Shown: positions 1 to 10,122, counted from the first letter of the stretch. The stretch: DNA of 64,000 nucleotides from an uncultured Chloroflexia bacterium (GCA_963774265.1 CAVZDU010000001.1:416001-480000), one strand, 5' to 3'. Notes: generated by a model from the letters alone, not told the origin. Translations and numbers: made by a program.

Positions 1-850
1 GGATGTCACGCGCGACCAGTTGGCCACGATGATGGTCGGCCGCGAGATCAAACGCTTCGCGCCGCCGCCGCAGGAAACCGGCAGGCCGCTGCTCCAAATT
101 CAAGGATTGCACGCCATGGGCGATCGTGGTGTAGAAGCGCTGCGCGGCATCGATATGGAGATTCACGCCGGTGAAATCTTGGGCCTGGCAGGCGTGTCGG
201 GCAACGGGCAACGCGAGTTGGCGGGTTGTCTGGGCGGGATGCGTAAGGTGACCGCCGGCACTATCTCAGTAGACGGCAAAGACCTGACGCACGTCTCGGT
301 GCAAGAACGTCTGAAAGCCGGACAGGCTTTCATTCCCGAAGAACGCATGCGGGACGGCGCCATCAAGGAGTTCTCCGTCCAGGAGAACCTCTTCCTGCTG
401 GACCATGCCTCGCCCCAATTCACACATGGGATTTTTCTGGATTTCGCCAAAATGGCTGCGCACGCCAAGTCGCTGATCAGCGAATTCGCCGTGAAAACTC
501 CCAGCCTGGATACCCCTATTAAGAACCTTTCCGGCGGTAATATTCAAAAAGCAATCATGGCCCGCGAGCTCTCGCGAAAGCCCAAGGTCCTGATTGCCGC
601 CCAACCCTCGCGCGGCGTGGATATCGGCGCCACAGAATACATCCACCAACGCCTGCTCCAGCAGCGAGCGGAGGGAAAAGCGGTGCTTCTTATTTCGGAA
701 GATCTGGACGAAGTGCGGGCGCTGTCCGACCGTATCGCGGTCATCTACGAAGGCCGGATCACTGGCGTAGTGAAGCGCGATCAAGCCACCATCGAGCAGC
801 TAGGCCTGATGATGGCAGGCGTGCCCATGCACGAAGCCCTTGGAAATTGA
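1..850 (+). CDS. ABC transporter ATP-binding protein (nucleoside/sugar CUT2 type), C-terminal part; begins upstream of the window
   Basis: Second ATPase domain with GVSGNGQREL, LSGGNIQK, AQPSRGVDIGA and ISEDLDE motifs; frame is open from the window edge. Confidence 0.9.
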   Translation, partial: DVTRDQLATMMVGREIKRFAPPPQETGRPLLQIQGLHAMGDRGVEALRGIDMEIHAGEILGLAGVSGNGQRELAGCLGGMRKVTAGTISVDGKDLTHVSVQERLKAGQAFIPEERMRDGAIKEFSVQENLFLLDHASPQFTHGIFLDFAKMAAHAKSLISEFAVKTPSLDTPIKNLSGGNIQKAIMARELSRKPKVLIAAQPSRGVDIGATEYIHQRLLQQRAEGKAVLLISEDLDEVRALSDRIAVIYEGRITGVVKRDQATIEQLGLMMAGVPMHEALGN

Positions 851-879
851 AGATTACGAAATTGAGACGAACTCCAACC

Positions 880-1064
880 CGTACGGGGGTACGGTGCGTA
901 CGGGCGGACCTGCGTGTCCGCCCCAACCCGCAACTCTTGCGCGACCGCACATCGCCCCCGAAGCGGGAGCGGCGCAGGATGCGCGAAGGGCGGCCGCAGG
1001 ATGCCGTAAGGGCGGCCGCGGATGCCGTACGGGCAGACCTGTGTGTCCGCCCCCGTGTCCGCCC
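880..1064. repeat. Cluster of REP-like palindromes (family A: CGTACGGGCGGAC-N6-GTCCGCCC) with short tandem duplications
   Basis: Copies at ~897-924 and 1026-1064; the same element recurs at 12918, ~18356, 20071 and 21450. Confidence 0.85.
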
Positions 1065-1089
1065 GCACTCGGCAAGGGGGGCCATCCCT

Positions 1090-1902
1090 GTGGGACTACG
1101 TAGCCCGGGTCCAGGCGCCCGGCCTCTTTACATCTGGGCCGTCGACGCGTTGTATGAGCTGATCGAAACGGGCGTCTATGGGCCAGGCCAGCCCCTGCCC
1201 GCTGAGGCCGAGCTTGCCATGCAGTTGGGCGTCTCACGATCTACTCTGCGTGAGGCGCTAGGCTATTTAGAGAAAGATGGGCTAATCATCCGCAAGCACG
1301 GAGTGGGCACCTTCGTGGCGCCTCACTCAGCTCAGATTTCGGGCGGTCTGGAACGATTGGCCACCTTTCGCTCTGTCGCCGAACTTGCGGGCGCGTCCGT
1401 GCAGATTGTATCTCGCACGGTTACCCTGACGGAGGCCGATGAGGTTGCGGGCAGAGCGCTCCAGGTGCCTCCAGGCAGCGAACTGGAGCGGGTGGAAGTG
1501 ACCGAGGCAGTCGACGGCTGCACCATGGTCTATTTGGACGGACTGATTGCCAGTAAGTGGGTGGATCATGAAAAGCTGGCCTCCGACGAGGGGTCGCTCT
1601 TGGAGTATCTGGTCCGGCAGACGCATCTACCGATCGCGTACTCACGTTCATTGATCTACGCCATTGGCGCCAACCAAGACCTGGCCCGCCGGTTGGGCGT
1701 GCCGGAAGGCGAAGCGGTCCTACAGCTGGTCGAGACGGTGTATACCGATAAGGATCTGCCCATCGCATTCTTCCGCAACTACTTTGTGACTAACGGCTAC
1801 CATCTAAAGATCGTCCGCCGGATCGCCAAAGTGCCCGGCATCAAAATGCCCGGCATTAGGGAATTGAAGACTACGGGGGGAAGCGAGCATGGAACGGTTT
1901 AG
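1090..1902 (+). CDS. GntR family (HutC/UTRA) transcriptional regulator
   Basis: LPAEAELAMQLGVSRSTLREAL...RKHGVGTFV HTH plus UTRA-like C-domain. Start uncertain: frame is open from 847; GTG 1090 follows AAGGGGG. Confidence 0.85.
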   Translation: MGLRSPGPGARPLYIWAVDALYELIETGVYGPGQPLPAEAELAMQLGVSRSTLREALGYLEKDGLIIRKHGVGTFVAPHSAQISGGLERLATFRSVAELAGASVQIVSRTVTLTEADEVAGRALQVPPGSELERVEVTEAVDGCTMVYLDGLIASKWVDHEKLASDEGSLLEYLVRQTHLPIAYSRSLIYAIGANQDLARRLGVPEGEAVLQLVETVYTDKDLPIAFFRNYFVTNGYHLKIVRRIAKVPGIKMPGIRELKTTGGSEHGTV

Positions 1903-2839
1903 CTACGTGCGGGCAGAGAGCATCCCGCACGCGGTGACACTGCTGAACACGCCGGGGGTGCGCAGCCGCGTGCTCGCGGGGGGCACGGATCTGGTGCTCC
2001 TGGCACGTGAAGATCGCGATTTATGCGACCGGGTGATCGACATCACGCTCGTGCCGGAACTACATGAGATTCGGCATGTTCAGTCCGAGCAGGGAAACTG
2101 GCCCGCAGGCCGTCCTGAGGACCGGGTCATCATCGGCGCGGCCGCGACGTTCAGCGAGATCGTGGCGTCCGCGCTCGTTCGTGAGACCGCTCCTCTCCTG
2201 GTCGAGGCCTGCCACTCAGTAGGCGCGACCCAGATTCGCAACATGGGCACCCTGGGTGGGAATGTCGCCAACGCGGCCGCCTGCGCCGATTCCCTCCCGG
2301 CGCTGGTTTGTCTGGATGCGCTGGCGCATGTCCTCACTCCGTCCGGCGAACTAACCTGGCCGGTGGCTGAATTCGTCACCCGGCCAAACCGAACCCAACT
2401 GCCGCCAGGGGGCCTTCTGACCGCGTTGAGCTATTTTGTCCCTGCCCCGGGCAGTCGCAGCGTGTTCCTGAAGTTGGGGCGGCGCAACGCGATGGCGATC
2501 TCTCGCCTGACGGTCGCTGCGCTAGGCCGGACCGATGACGAGGGTTGCATCGCGGAAATACGAATTGTGCCCGGCTCGGCTACACCTCACATTCACCGTT
2601 TCTCGCAGACCGAGTCCCGCATGCTCGGCCAGAAGCCGACCGTCGCGCTGTGTGAAGAGGCCGGACAAATTGCGGTCGCAGAGATGTCAGAGATCACCGG
2701 CAAACGCTGGTCAAGCGAATTCAAAGAGCCTGCTCTGCAGGCCATGGTGACGCGAGCGTTGCTATCCCTCTTCTGCCTCAACGCGAAGCACGAAGCAGAC
2801 CTGTCAAGTCTTGGCGCCAGCGAGGAGACACGGGCATGA
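1889..2839 (+). CDS. Xanthine dehydrogenase family FAD-binding subunit
   Basis: LAGGTDL, QIRNMGTLGGN and KLGRRNAMAIS motifs. Confidence 0.92.
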   Translation: MERFSYVRAESIPHAVTLLNTPGVRSRVLAGGTDLVLLAREDRDLCDRVIDITLVPELHEIRHVQSEQGNWPAGRPEDRVIIGAAATFSEIVASALVRETAPLLVEACHSVGATQIRNMGTLGGNVANAAACADSLPALVCLDALAHVLTPSGELTWPVAEFVTRPNRTQLPPGGLLTALSYFVPAPGSRSVFLKLGRRNAMAISRLTVAALGRTDDEGCIAEIRIVPGSATPHIHRFSQTESRMLGQKPTVALCEEAGQIAVAEMSEITGKRWSSEFKEPALQAMVTRALLSLFCLNAKHEADLSSLGASEETRA

Positions 2840-3333
2840 ATATCGAATTCTCGCTAAACGGCAACCCAATAAGTGTCGAAGCCCCGGCTGACATCAGCCT
2901 GCTCCATCTCCTGCGCGACGTCATTGGCCTGACCGGGACAAAGGAAGGCTGCGGCGTCGGCGAGTGCGGCGCGTGCAGCGTTTTGCTCGACGGCCGGCTG
3001 GTCAACTCCTGCCTGGTCCTGGCGCCTCAGGCCGGCGGACGTGAGGTGGTCTCCATCGAAGGCATCCGCGGCGCAGACGGCGGCCCAAATGACCTCCAGC
3101 AGAATTTCATCGATCACGGCGCAGTGCAATGTGGCTATTGCATCCCCGGCATGGTGTTGGCGGGTGAGGCGCTGCTGAGCAGAACGCTGACACCCAACCG
3201 GGCCGAAATCCGGGAAGCCATCGCCGGCAACCTGTGTCGCTGCACCGGTTACCAGCAAATCGTCGATGCTATCGAGGTCACCGCGGCAGATCGTAGGGGC
3301 CAGGTCCACAGGACTGAGGTGACCCATGGCTGA
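2836..3333 (+). CDS. Xanthine dehydrogenase family (2Fe-2S) subunit
   Basis: GTKEGCGVGECGACSV, QCGYCIPG and NLCRCTGY motifs. Confidence 0.95.
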   Translation: MNIEFSLNGNPISVEAPADISLLHLLRDVIGLTGTKEGCGVGECGACSVLLDGRLVNSCLVLAPQAGGREVVSIEGIRGADGGPNDLQQNFIDHGAVQCGYCIPGMVLAGEALLSRTLTPNRAEIREAIAGNLCRCTGYQQIVDAIEVTAADRRGQVHRTEVTHG

Positions 3334-5677
3334 GTTCAAATATGTCGGCAAACCAGCGCGCCGCGTCGATGCACTGGATAAAGTCCTGGGGACGGCCAAG
3401 TACACCGCTGACTATCGCCTGCCGGGCATGTTGCGCGCGCGCTGCCTGCGCAGCGACCTGCCGCACGCACGAATCGTCCGCCTGGATGTGACCCCTGCTC
3501 TGCAGGTGCCGGGCGTGAGGGCGGCCGTCACAGGCGAGGACTATGTCAATCACGGCAACTTTGGCTACCCGGTCCAGGATATGTACATGCTGGCGCACGA
3601 GCGCGTGCGCTACGTGGGAGATGCAATTGCGGCCGTCGCAGCTGAGACCGAAGAAGCACTCGCGGCCGGCCTGGCGGCAATCATCTGTGAGCTAGAGCCA
3701 CTGCCCGGCGTCTTCGACCCGGAAGAGGCGCTGAAGCCGGATGCACCGCTCGTCGGTGAGCAGCCCTGGGACGCACCGACCGAGCCGCGCGGCAACCTGC
3801 TCATAACACATATCGTCCGCAAAGGCGATCCGGACCCCATCCTGCAAGAATCCGAGATTCAACTGGACGAACACTACAGCACCGCTCACCAGGAGCACGC
3901 CTACATTGAGACCGAGGCAGCGCTGGCGGTTCCCTGGCCTGACGGCAGCGGCGTCACGGTCTACTCGCCTAGCCAAAGCCCGTTCGCCGACCGCAACAAC
4001 CTGTGCCGTGTCCTCGGCCTGGGCGTGGAGAACGTGCGCGTGATCCAACCGCCGGTGGGCGGCGCGTTCGGCGGCAAGGATGATCAGATCTATCAGACCA
4101 CGGGCCAGGTGGCCAAACTTGCGCTGCTCACCGGTCGTCCCGTGCAGATGACCTTCAGCCGCGAAGAGTCCATGATCTTCTCCTACAAGCGGAACCCCAT
4201 GCGGGTGCACATCCGGCTCGGGGCCGACCGCAACGGCAAGCTGCGAGCCAGCAAGATCGATCTCGTGGTGGACAGCGGCGCGTACTCGGCCATCACGCCG
4301 TTCGTGGCGTGGCGCGGCAATATCCACGCCATGGGGGCCTATCGCTATGACGCGTGTCACGTCGACACCCATGTGGCATACACCAACAACGGCTATACCG
4401 GCGCGTTCCGCGGATTCGGCAACACAGAGACCACGGCCTGCATCGAGCAGGCTGTGGACATGCTGGCCGACCGCCTGGGCATCGACCCCATCGAGCTGCG
4501 CCTGATGAACTGCCTGCGGCCCTGCGACGAAACCGCGCACGGCCAGCGCCTGGGCGAGGATGTGGCGCTGGTCGAATGCCTGGAGCACGTGCGCCGTGTC
4601 TCCGACTGGGACCGCAAACGCCGCGAATACGGGCGCAACAACCTTCAACCTTCAATCCGTCGCGGCATCGGCGTGGCGTGCTTCTTCCACGGCCTGTCGC
4701 TGGGCGCGGAAGGAGACGACTTCGCGGTCAGCACAATCCAGGTCAATGATGACACTTCGCTCAGCCTCACCTCGGGCCTGACCGATTATGGCACCGGCTC
4801 GCGTACGGTCTTCACGCTCATTGCCGCGGAAGTTCTCGGGCTCAAACCGGAACGCATCCACATGCACCGGCCCGATACCGATACGGCCATCGCCGGCGGT
4901 CCCACCGTCGCCTCGCGCGCTACGGTGTTGGGCGGCAACGCGGTGCGCGTCACGGCCGAGCGGCTTAACAGCCTTCTGCTTCAGGCCGCGGCCGACCTTT
5001 TCGGGTGCAGCCTGATTCAGGTGCTACGTGACGGAGAGCGCTTCATCGGGCCGCAAGAGGAACCAGCTAGCTTCGAAGACGTTGTTAATCATGCCCGCCA
5101 GATGGGTCTGACCCTCTCGGCGCACGGCCGTTGGGACGCACCTGCCATCCATTGGTCGCTGGAGAGCGGCACGGGCAAGCCCTACTTCGCGTATCACTAC
5201 GGCGCGCAGGTGGCGGAAGTCGTTGTAGACATGGGGACGGGTAAGGTGGACGTGTCCGGCATCTGGGCCAGCCACAACACCGGGACGGTGATCTTCCCGC
5301 AGGGGATGCTGGGCCAACTCTATGGCGGGATCACCCAGGGGCTAGGCTACGCGCTGATGGAACGGGTGGACTTCGACCAGGGTTACATGCAGGCAACTAA
5401 CTTCGATGAATATCTGATCCCCACAGCCCTGGATGTTCCTGATATCGTGGGGCACTTCGTGCAAAAACCTTTCAGTTTCGGGCCCTTCGGCGCGAAGAAC
5501 ATAGGCGAGCCCGCCATGGTGCCCACGGCGCCAGCCATCGTCAACGCCATCACCCATGCCACAGGCAGACGCATCCCTGATCTGCCCGCAAACCTGGAGC
5601 GAGTGCTGATCGGTCACGACCTGCGGCAGAAGGGATCGGATCGGGCGTGCAAACTGGGATTGAATGTTACAGGTTGA
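3326..5677 (+). CDS. Xanthine dehydrogenase family molybdopterin-binding subunit (Mo hydroxylase 1)
   Basis: QEHAYIE, GGAFGGK, AFRGFG, TVASR and KNIGEP (catalytic Glu) motifs. Confidence 0.93.
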   Translation: MAEFKYVGKPARRVDALDKVLGTAKYTADYRLPGMLRARCLRSDLPHARIVRLDVTPALQVPGVRAAVTGEDYVNHGNFGYPVQDMYMLAHERVRYVGDAIAAVAAETEEALAAGLAAIICELEPLPGVFDPEEALKPDAPLVGEQPWDAPTEPRGNLLITHIVRKGDPDPILQESEIQLDEHYSTAHQEHAYIETEAALAVPWPDGSGVTVYSPSQSPFADRNNLCRVLGLGVENVRVIQPPVGGAFGGKDDQIYQTTGQVAKLALLTGRPVQMTFSREESMIFSYKRNPMRVHIRLGADRNGKLRASKIDLVVDSGAYSAITPFVAWRGNIHAMGAYRYDACHVDTHVAYTNNGYTGAFRGFGNTETTACIEQAVDMLADRLGIDPIELRLMNCLRPCDETAHGQRLGEDVALVECLEHVRRVSDWDRKRREYGRNNLQPSIRRGIGVACFFHGLSLGAEGDDFAVSTIQVNDDTSLSLTSGLTDYGTGSRTVFTLIAAEVLGLKPERIHMHRPDTDTAIAGGPTVASRATVLGGNAVRVTAERLNSLLLQAAADLFGCSLIQVLRDGERFIGPQEEPASFEDVVNHARQMGLTLSAHGRWDAPAIHWSLESGTGKPYFAYHYGAQVAEVVVDMGTGKVDVSGIWASHNTGTVIFPQGMLGQLYGGITQGLGYALMERVDFDQGYMQATNFDEYLIPTALDVPDIVGHFVQKPFSFGPFGAKNIGEPAMVPTAPAIVNAITHATGRRIPDLPANLERVLIGHDLRQKGSDRACKLGLNVTG

Positions 5678-5717
5678 AGGTTTCCTGACCTCAACTTTCA
5701 ACCTGTAACCTGTAACC
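5668..5717. repeat. Heptamer-based inverted repeat (AGGTTGA / TAACCTG-like units)
   Basis: gttacaggttgaagg...ctttcaacctgtaacctgtaacc can form a hairpin across the stop codon. Confidence 0.6.
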
Positions 5718-5736
5718 CGTAAAGAGGTGAACCAAA

Positions 5737-6948
5737 ATGGATCAAATCAAAGAGCTCCACTCACGTGTCCAACAGAGCCGGGACGACATCATCCAGTTCA
5801 TGCGCGACATCTGCGCCATCCCCTCGATGAACTCCGAAATCGGCCCGGTCGGCGAACGCATCCAGGCCGAGATGCGCAAACTCGGCTGGGAAGAGGCGCG
5901 CTTCGACAAAATGGGCAACACCGTGGGCCGCATCGGCGACGGGCCCAAGGTCATCGTCTACGACTCGCACATCGACACGGTCGGCGTCGGCGACCCCGCT
6001 GAATGGGAATGGGACCCCTTCATCGGCAAGGTGGAGGACGGCCGTCTCTACGCGCGCGGCGCCTGCGACGAAAAAGGCAGCACCCCCGGCATGGTCTATG
6101 GCCTGGCCATGGCGCGCGACCTGGGCTGGCTCGACGGCTACACCGTCTACTACTTCGGTAATATGGAAGAATGGTGTGACGGCATCGCGCCCAATACGTT
6201 TGTAGAGGTGGATCCCAAGGTTCGGCCCGACTTTGTGGTTATCGGCGAGCCGACCAAGATGCAAGTGTACCGCGGACACAAGGGCCGCATCGAGATGAAG
6301 ATCACGGCGTCGGGCCGGTCGGCCCATGCGGCCTCGCACTACCTGGGCGATAACGCTGTGTACAAGATGGCAGCGATTATCACGCAGATACGCGAGCTGG
6401 ATCGTCGTTTCCATTTCGGACTGGGTGTGCACCCGGTGCAAGGATATCCTTCGATCGCGGTCACCGATGTTCATGTCCGTACGGCTTCCCTCAATGCCGT
6501 GCCTGATGAGTTCACGATCTACATCGACCGGCGCATCACTTCAAATGAGCCCCACGACCATGTCATCGATCAGGTCAGGGGGCTCATTCCTGATTATCTT
6601 CAGGAAGAGATCTCCGTCGAGGAGCTCTTCTACGACGAGCCCTCCTACACGGGATTCGTCTTCCCCGTGAGCAAATACTACCCTGCATGGTTGCTGGAAG
6701 ACAACCATCCACTGGCCGCAGCAGGCCAGCGCGCAATCCAGGCGCTCTGGGGTGAAGAACGGCCGCTCGGCACATGGGACTTCTCCACCAATGGCACGTA
6801 TTGGGCGGGCAAGGCAGGCATCCCGTCGATCGGCCTCGGCCCGGGCGACGAGAAAACGGCCCACATGCGCCACGAAAACGTGCCCCTGGACGAAGTCGTC
6901 CAGGCCACCGAATGGTATGCGGCTCTGCCGAAGATGCTTAAGGAATAA
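5737..6948 (+). CDS. ygeY: YgeY-family M20 metallo-hydrolase
   Basis: DSHIDTVG, RGACDEKG, MEEWCDG, GHKGR and FSTNG motifs; located in a purine-catabolism cluster. Confidence 0.85.
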   Translation: MDQIKELHSRVQQSRDDIIQFMRDICAIPSMNSEIGPVGERIQAEMRKLGWEEARFDKMGNTVGRIGDGPKVIVYDSHIDTVGVGDPAEWEWDPFIGKVEDGRLYARGACDEKGSTPGMVYGLAMARDLGWLDGYTVYYFGNMEEWCDGIAPNTFVEVDPKVRPDFVVIGEPTKMQVYRGHKGRIEMKITASGRSAHAASHYLGDNAVYKMAAIITQIRELDRRFHFGLGVHPVQGYPSIAVTDVHVRTASLNAVPDEFTIYIDRRITSNEPHDHVIDQVRGLIPDYLQEEISVEELFYDEPSYTGFVFPVSKYYPAWLLEDNHPLAAAGQRAIQALWGEERPLGTWDFSTNGTYWAGKAGIPSIGLGPGDEKTAHMRHENVPLDEVVQATEWYAALPKMLKE

Positions 6949-6952
6949 CCCT

Positions 6953-7025
6953 AACCACGAAGACACCGAGGCACGAAGTGCCGTAAAGGCCTTATGACAA
7001 CCTCGAGCCCTTGTGTCATTGTGAC
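6953..7025. repeat. REP-like element, ACCACGAAGACAC...GTGTC family
   Basis: Related imperfect palindromes at 17889-17981, ~18422-18490 and ~63422-63492. Confidence 0.55.
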
Positions 7026-7050
7026 TAATCTAGGCTGAAAGGACTATCGT

Positions 7051-8031
7051 ATGCGTAGCTTTATTGGTCGTGACATCCTTTCGCTCAAAGAATTCGAGCG
7101 TCAGGAATTCTTCCGGGTCTTCGACGTTGCGGCGCGGATGGAACCGGTTGCCCGCGATCGTCGAAACCTGGATATGCTCAAGGACAAGATACTCGTCACC
7201 GCTTTCTATCAGCCGTCCACCCGCACCCGCCTGGCACACGAGGCGGCCATGCACCGGCTGGGCGGCCACGTCACCGGCTTCTCAGACGCGAAGATGACCC
7301 GGGCCGGCGACTGGTATCAGGAGTCGATCAAAGATACCGTCAAGATGTTGGAGTTCTACGGGGATGTGATCGTGATGCGTCACTTCCAGAAGGGCGCACC
7401 GCACGAGGCCGCGATGTGGTCGTCGGTGCCGATCCTCAACGGCGGCGACGGCTGGGGCGAGCACCCGACGCAGATTCTCACGGATCTGTACACCGTTCTG
7501 CAGCAGAAGCACCATATCGACGGGCTCAAGTGGGTCGCCGTAGGCGACATGCGGATGCGGACGATGCACTCACTGGGTTATGCGCTCACGCAGTTCGATT
7601 GCCCCATCACGTTTGTCTCACCAGGCCCGGACGATCTGTTCCCCGGTTCGCCAGACATGCGCATGCCGGAGGAGTACAAGACTGACTTCCAGCGTTATTC
7701 GCTGAATTTCAAGGAGGCCGAGCACGTCGAGCAGGTCATCGCCGACGCTGACGTGATCCTCGTCGAGCCGGTGATCCAGCCGGATTATACGAAGGCCCGC
7801 CAAGAAGCGGCAACCGACTACAGCCTCACCCCTGCCAACTACAAGATTACGCGAGAGCTGCTCGCGACAAAGGCCAAGTCGAATGCCATGCTGCTGCACT
7901 CTCTGCCTCGCATGGATGAAATCCCGCTGGATGTGGACATCACGCGCTGGTCCCGCTATTGGCAGGAGGCGTTCAACGGCGTCGTCATGCGCATGGCACT
8001 ACTGGCGCTCGTCTTGGGCGGCGTAGATTAA
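7051..8031 (+). CDS. Aspartate-carbamoyltransferase-like transcarbamylase of unknown substrate
   Basis: FYQPSTRT, VMRH, NGGDGWGEHPTQ and LHSLPR motifs. Confidence 0.85.
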   Translation: MRSFIGRDILSLKEFERQEFFRVFDVAARMEPVARDRRNLDMLKDKILVTAFYQPSTRTRLAHEAAMHRLGGHVTGFSDAKMTRAGDWYQESIKDTVKMLEFYGDVIVMRHFQKGAPHEAAMWSSVPILNGGDGWGEHPTQILTDLYTVLQQKHHIDGLKWVAVGDMRMRTMHSLGYALTQFDCPITFVSPGPDDLFPGSPDMRMPEEYKTDFQRYSLNFKEAEHVEQVIADADVILVEPVIQPDYTKARQEAATDYSLTPANYKITRELLATKAKSNAMLLHSLPRMDEIPLDVDITRWSRYWQEAFNGVVMRMALLALVLGGVD

Positions 8032-8090
8032 ACGTCTGGCCATAGGTTCTTTGTGATTGGTCCAGACTTCAACCAACAGGAGAAAGAGTT

Positions 8091-9077
8091 ATGCAAACCT
8101 ATCTTCATGGCCGTGACCTCATCGGCGATCTCGATTTCTCGAAAGAGGAAGTCGAGACCGTTTTGGACGTGGCGTTCGATCTCAAACGCAAGCGCGCGCT
8201 GAACGAACCCCATGCCTACCTGCGCGATAAGGTGCTCGCGATGCTGTTCTTCTTCAGCAGCACACGCACGCGCGGCTCGTTCGAGGCCGGCATGGCCCAG
8301 CTCGGCGGCCATGGCGCTTTCATCGAAAGCACAACCACCCAGATCGCGCACGGCGACACCCCGAAAGAGATCGGCGAGATTTTCGGCCGCTACTTCGACG
8401 GCATCGCCATCCGCCACTGCGATTGGCCCATCGGCAACGCTTACCTGAACGCGGTTGCGAAAGCTTCCCGCGTGCCGGTGCTCAACATGCAGTGCGAGAT
8501 CTACCACCCCTTCCAGTGTCTCGCCGATCTGATGACCATCATGGAAAAGAAGGGCCGCGATCTGCGCAAGAAGAAGATCGTCGTCTCGTGGGCGTATGCT
8601 GCGTCATACCTCAAGCCGATCTCCGTGCCGCAATCCCTGATCCTGCAGATGCCGCGCTTCGGCATGGATGTCGTGCTGGCGCATCCGCCGGAATTCCAAC
8701 TGATGCCGGAGATTGTGGGCATGGCAAAGGAGCAGGCTCGCAAATTCAAGACCAGCTTCGAGATCGTCAGCGATCCGAATGGCATGGATATCGCTTTCAA
8801 GGATGCGGATGTTATCTACGCCAAGTCGTGGGGGCCGCTGTTGACTACCACCGATAAGGTGGAGGGCAAGAAGCTCCAGGACTCGTACAAGCACTGGATC
8901 ACCGACGAGCGCAAGATGGCCCTCGCCCAGCCCGATGCCATCTACATGCATCCCCTGCCGGCCGACCGCAACATCGAGGTGACCGATGGCGTCATCGATG
9001 GCCCCAACTCGGTCGTCTACGATGAGGCGGAGAATCGCCTGCATGCACAAAAGGCGGTCATGGCGTTGACCATGTAG
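8091..9077 (+). CDS. ygeW: YgeW-like (knotted type) carbamoyltransferase
   Basis: SSTRT, HPFQ, WAYAASYLKPISVPQS (cf. YgeW WAYSPSYGKPLSVPQG), YAKSW and YMHPLPAD motifs. Confidence 0.75.
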   Translation: MQTYLHGRDLIGDLDFSKEEVETVLDVAFDLKRKRALNEPHAYLRDKVLAMLFFFSSTRTRGSFEAGMAQLGGHGAFIESTTTQIAHGDTPKEIGEIFGRYFDGIAIRHCDWPIGNAYLNAVAKASRVPVLNMQCEIYHPFQCLADLMTIMEKKGRDLRKKKIVVSWAYAASYLKPISVPQSLILQMPRFGMDVVLAHPPEFQLMPEIVGMAKEQARKFKTSFEIVSDPNGMDIAFKDADVIYAKSWGPLLTTTDKVEGKKLQDSYKHWITDERKMALAQPDAIYMHPLPADRNIEVTDGVIDGPNSVVYDEAENRLHAQKAVMALTM

Positions 9078-9088
9078 AAAGAGACAAG

Positions 9089-9126
9089 AGACCTGATAGG
9101 TTTCCTTCGCGAGACCTGTCAGGTGC
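9089..9126. repeat. REP-like doublet AGACCTGATAGGTTT...AGACCTGTCAGGT
   Basis: Two short imperfect palindromes; a related AGACCTGTCAAGTCT lies at 2797-2811 inside the xdhB-like tail. Confidence 0.55.
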
Positions 9127-9142
9127 TCCAAGGAGTATCCAC

Positions 9143-10108
9143 ATGACACCACAACCCAAGAGAGTCGCGGTCGTCGCCATTGGCGGTAATTCGCTGATCC
9201 TGGACGCCAAGCACCAAACCGTCGAAGACCAATACCTAGCGGCAAAAGAGACCACTTGTCACATCGCAGATATGATCGAGGCCGGGTGGGAAGTTGCCAT
9301 CGGCCACGGCAATGGGCCACAAGTCGGCTTCATCTTGCGCCGTTCCGAGATCGCAGCGAAGGTCGAGGGCATGCACGAGGTGCCGCTGGACGTGTGTGGC
9401 GCCGATAGCCAGGGCGCCATCGGCTACGCACTGCAGCAGACCCTCCAGAACTGGTTGTTCCAACGCAAGATCCAGAAGAACGTCGCGACAGTCATCACCC
9501 AGGTGCTGGTAGACCGCAACGATTCGGCATTCAAGAATCCCACGAAGCCCATCGGTAGCTTCATGAGTGAAGACGAGGCCAAACGCCGCGAGGCAGAGAT
9601 GGCCTGGTCGGTGGTCGAGGATGCCGGACGGGGCTGGCGCCGCGTCGTCGCATCACCGCTGCCCAAAGAAGTAGTGGAGATCGAGACCGTCAAGGCGCTC
9701 ATCAATGCCGGCGTCGTCGTCATCACGGTAGGCGGGGGCGGCATCCCTGTAATCGACCCGGGCGATGGGAATTACCAGGGCACGGCCGCCGTCATCGATA
9801 AGGACTATGCCTCCAGCTTGCTTGCGCAAAGCATCAATGCCGACATGTTCCTGATCTCGACCGCGGTCGAGAAAGTGGCGATCAACTTCGGCAAGCCGGA
9901 TCAGCAGTGGCTGGACCGCATGACCCTGTCTGAGGCCAAGAAATACCTGGCGGAGGGCAAACACTTCGCCAAGGGGTCGATGGCTCCCAAGGTCCAGGCC
10001 ATCATCTGGTACATGGAAGCCGGCGGCAAGCATGCCATCATCACCAACCCGGAAAACATCGGCCGCGCGCTGCGTGGCGAGACTGGGACACATATCGTGC
10101 CGGATTGA
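9143..10108 (+). CDS. arcC: Carbamate kinase
   Basis: AIGGNSL, HGNGPQVG, PTKPIG, GWRRVVASP, GGGGIPV, VIDKD and GSMAPKV motifs. Confidence 0.95.
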   Translation: MTPQPKRVAVVAIGGNSLILDAKHQTVEDQYLAAKETTCHIADMIEAGWEVAIGHGNGPQVGFILRRSEIAAKVEGMHEVPLDVCGADSQGAIGYALQQTLQNWLFQRKIQKNVATVITQVLVDRNDSAFKNPTKPIGSFMSEDEAKRREAEMAWSVVEDAGRGWRRVVASPLPKEVVEIETVKALINAGVVVITVGGGGIPVIDPGDGNYQGTAAVIDKDYASSLLAQSINADMFLISTAVEKVAINFGKPDQQWLDRMTLSEAKKYLAEGKHFAKGSMAPKVQAIIWYMEAGGKHAIITNPENIGRALRGETGTHIVPD

Positions 10109-10122
10109 AGTGGGAGCATCAC

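Noticed and set aside
847-1089. 81-aa N-terminal extension of GntR from TTG 847
   Set aside because: It consists largely of REP-derived sequence and the GntR domain starts near 1090-1120. Translation cannot be excluded but is unsupported.
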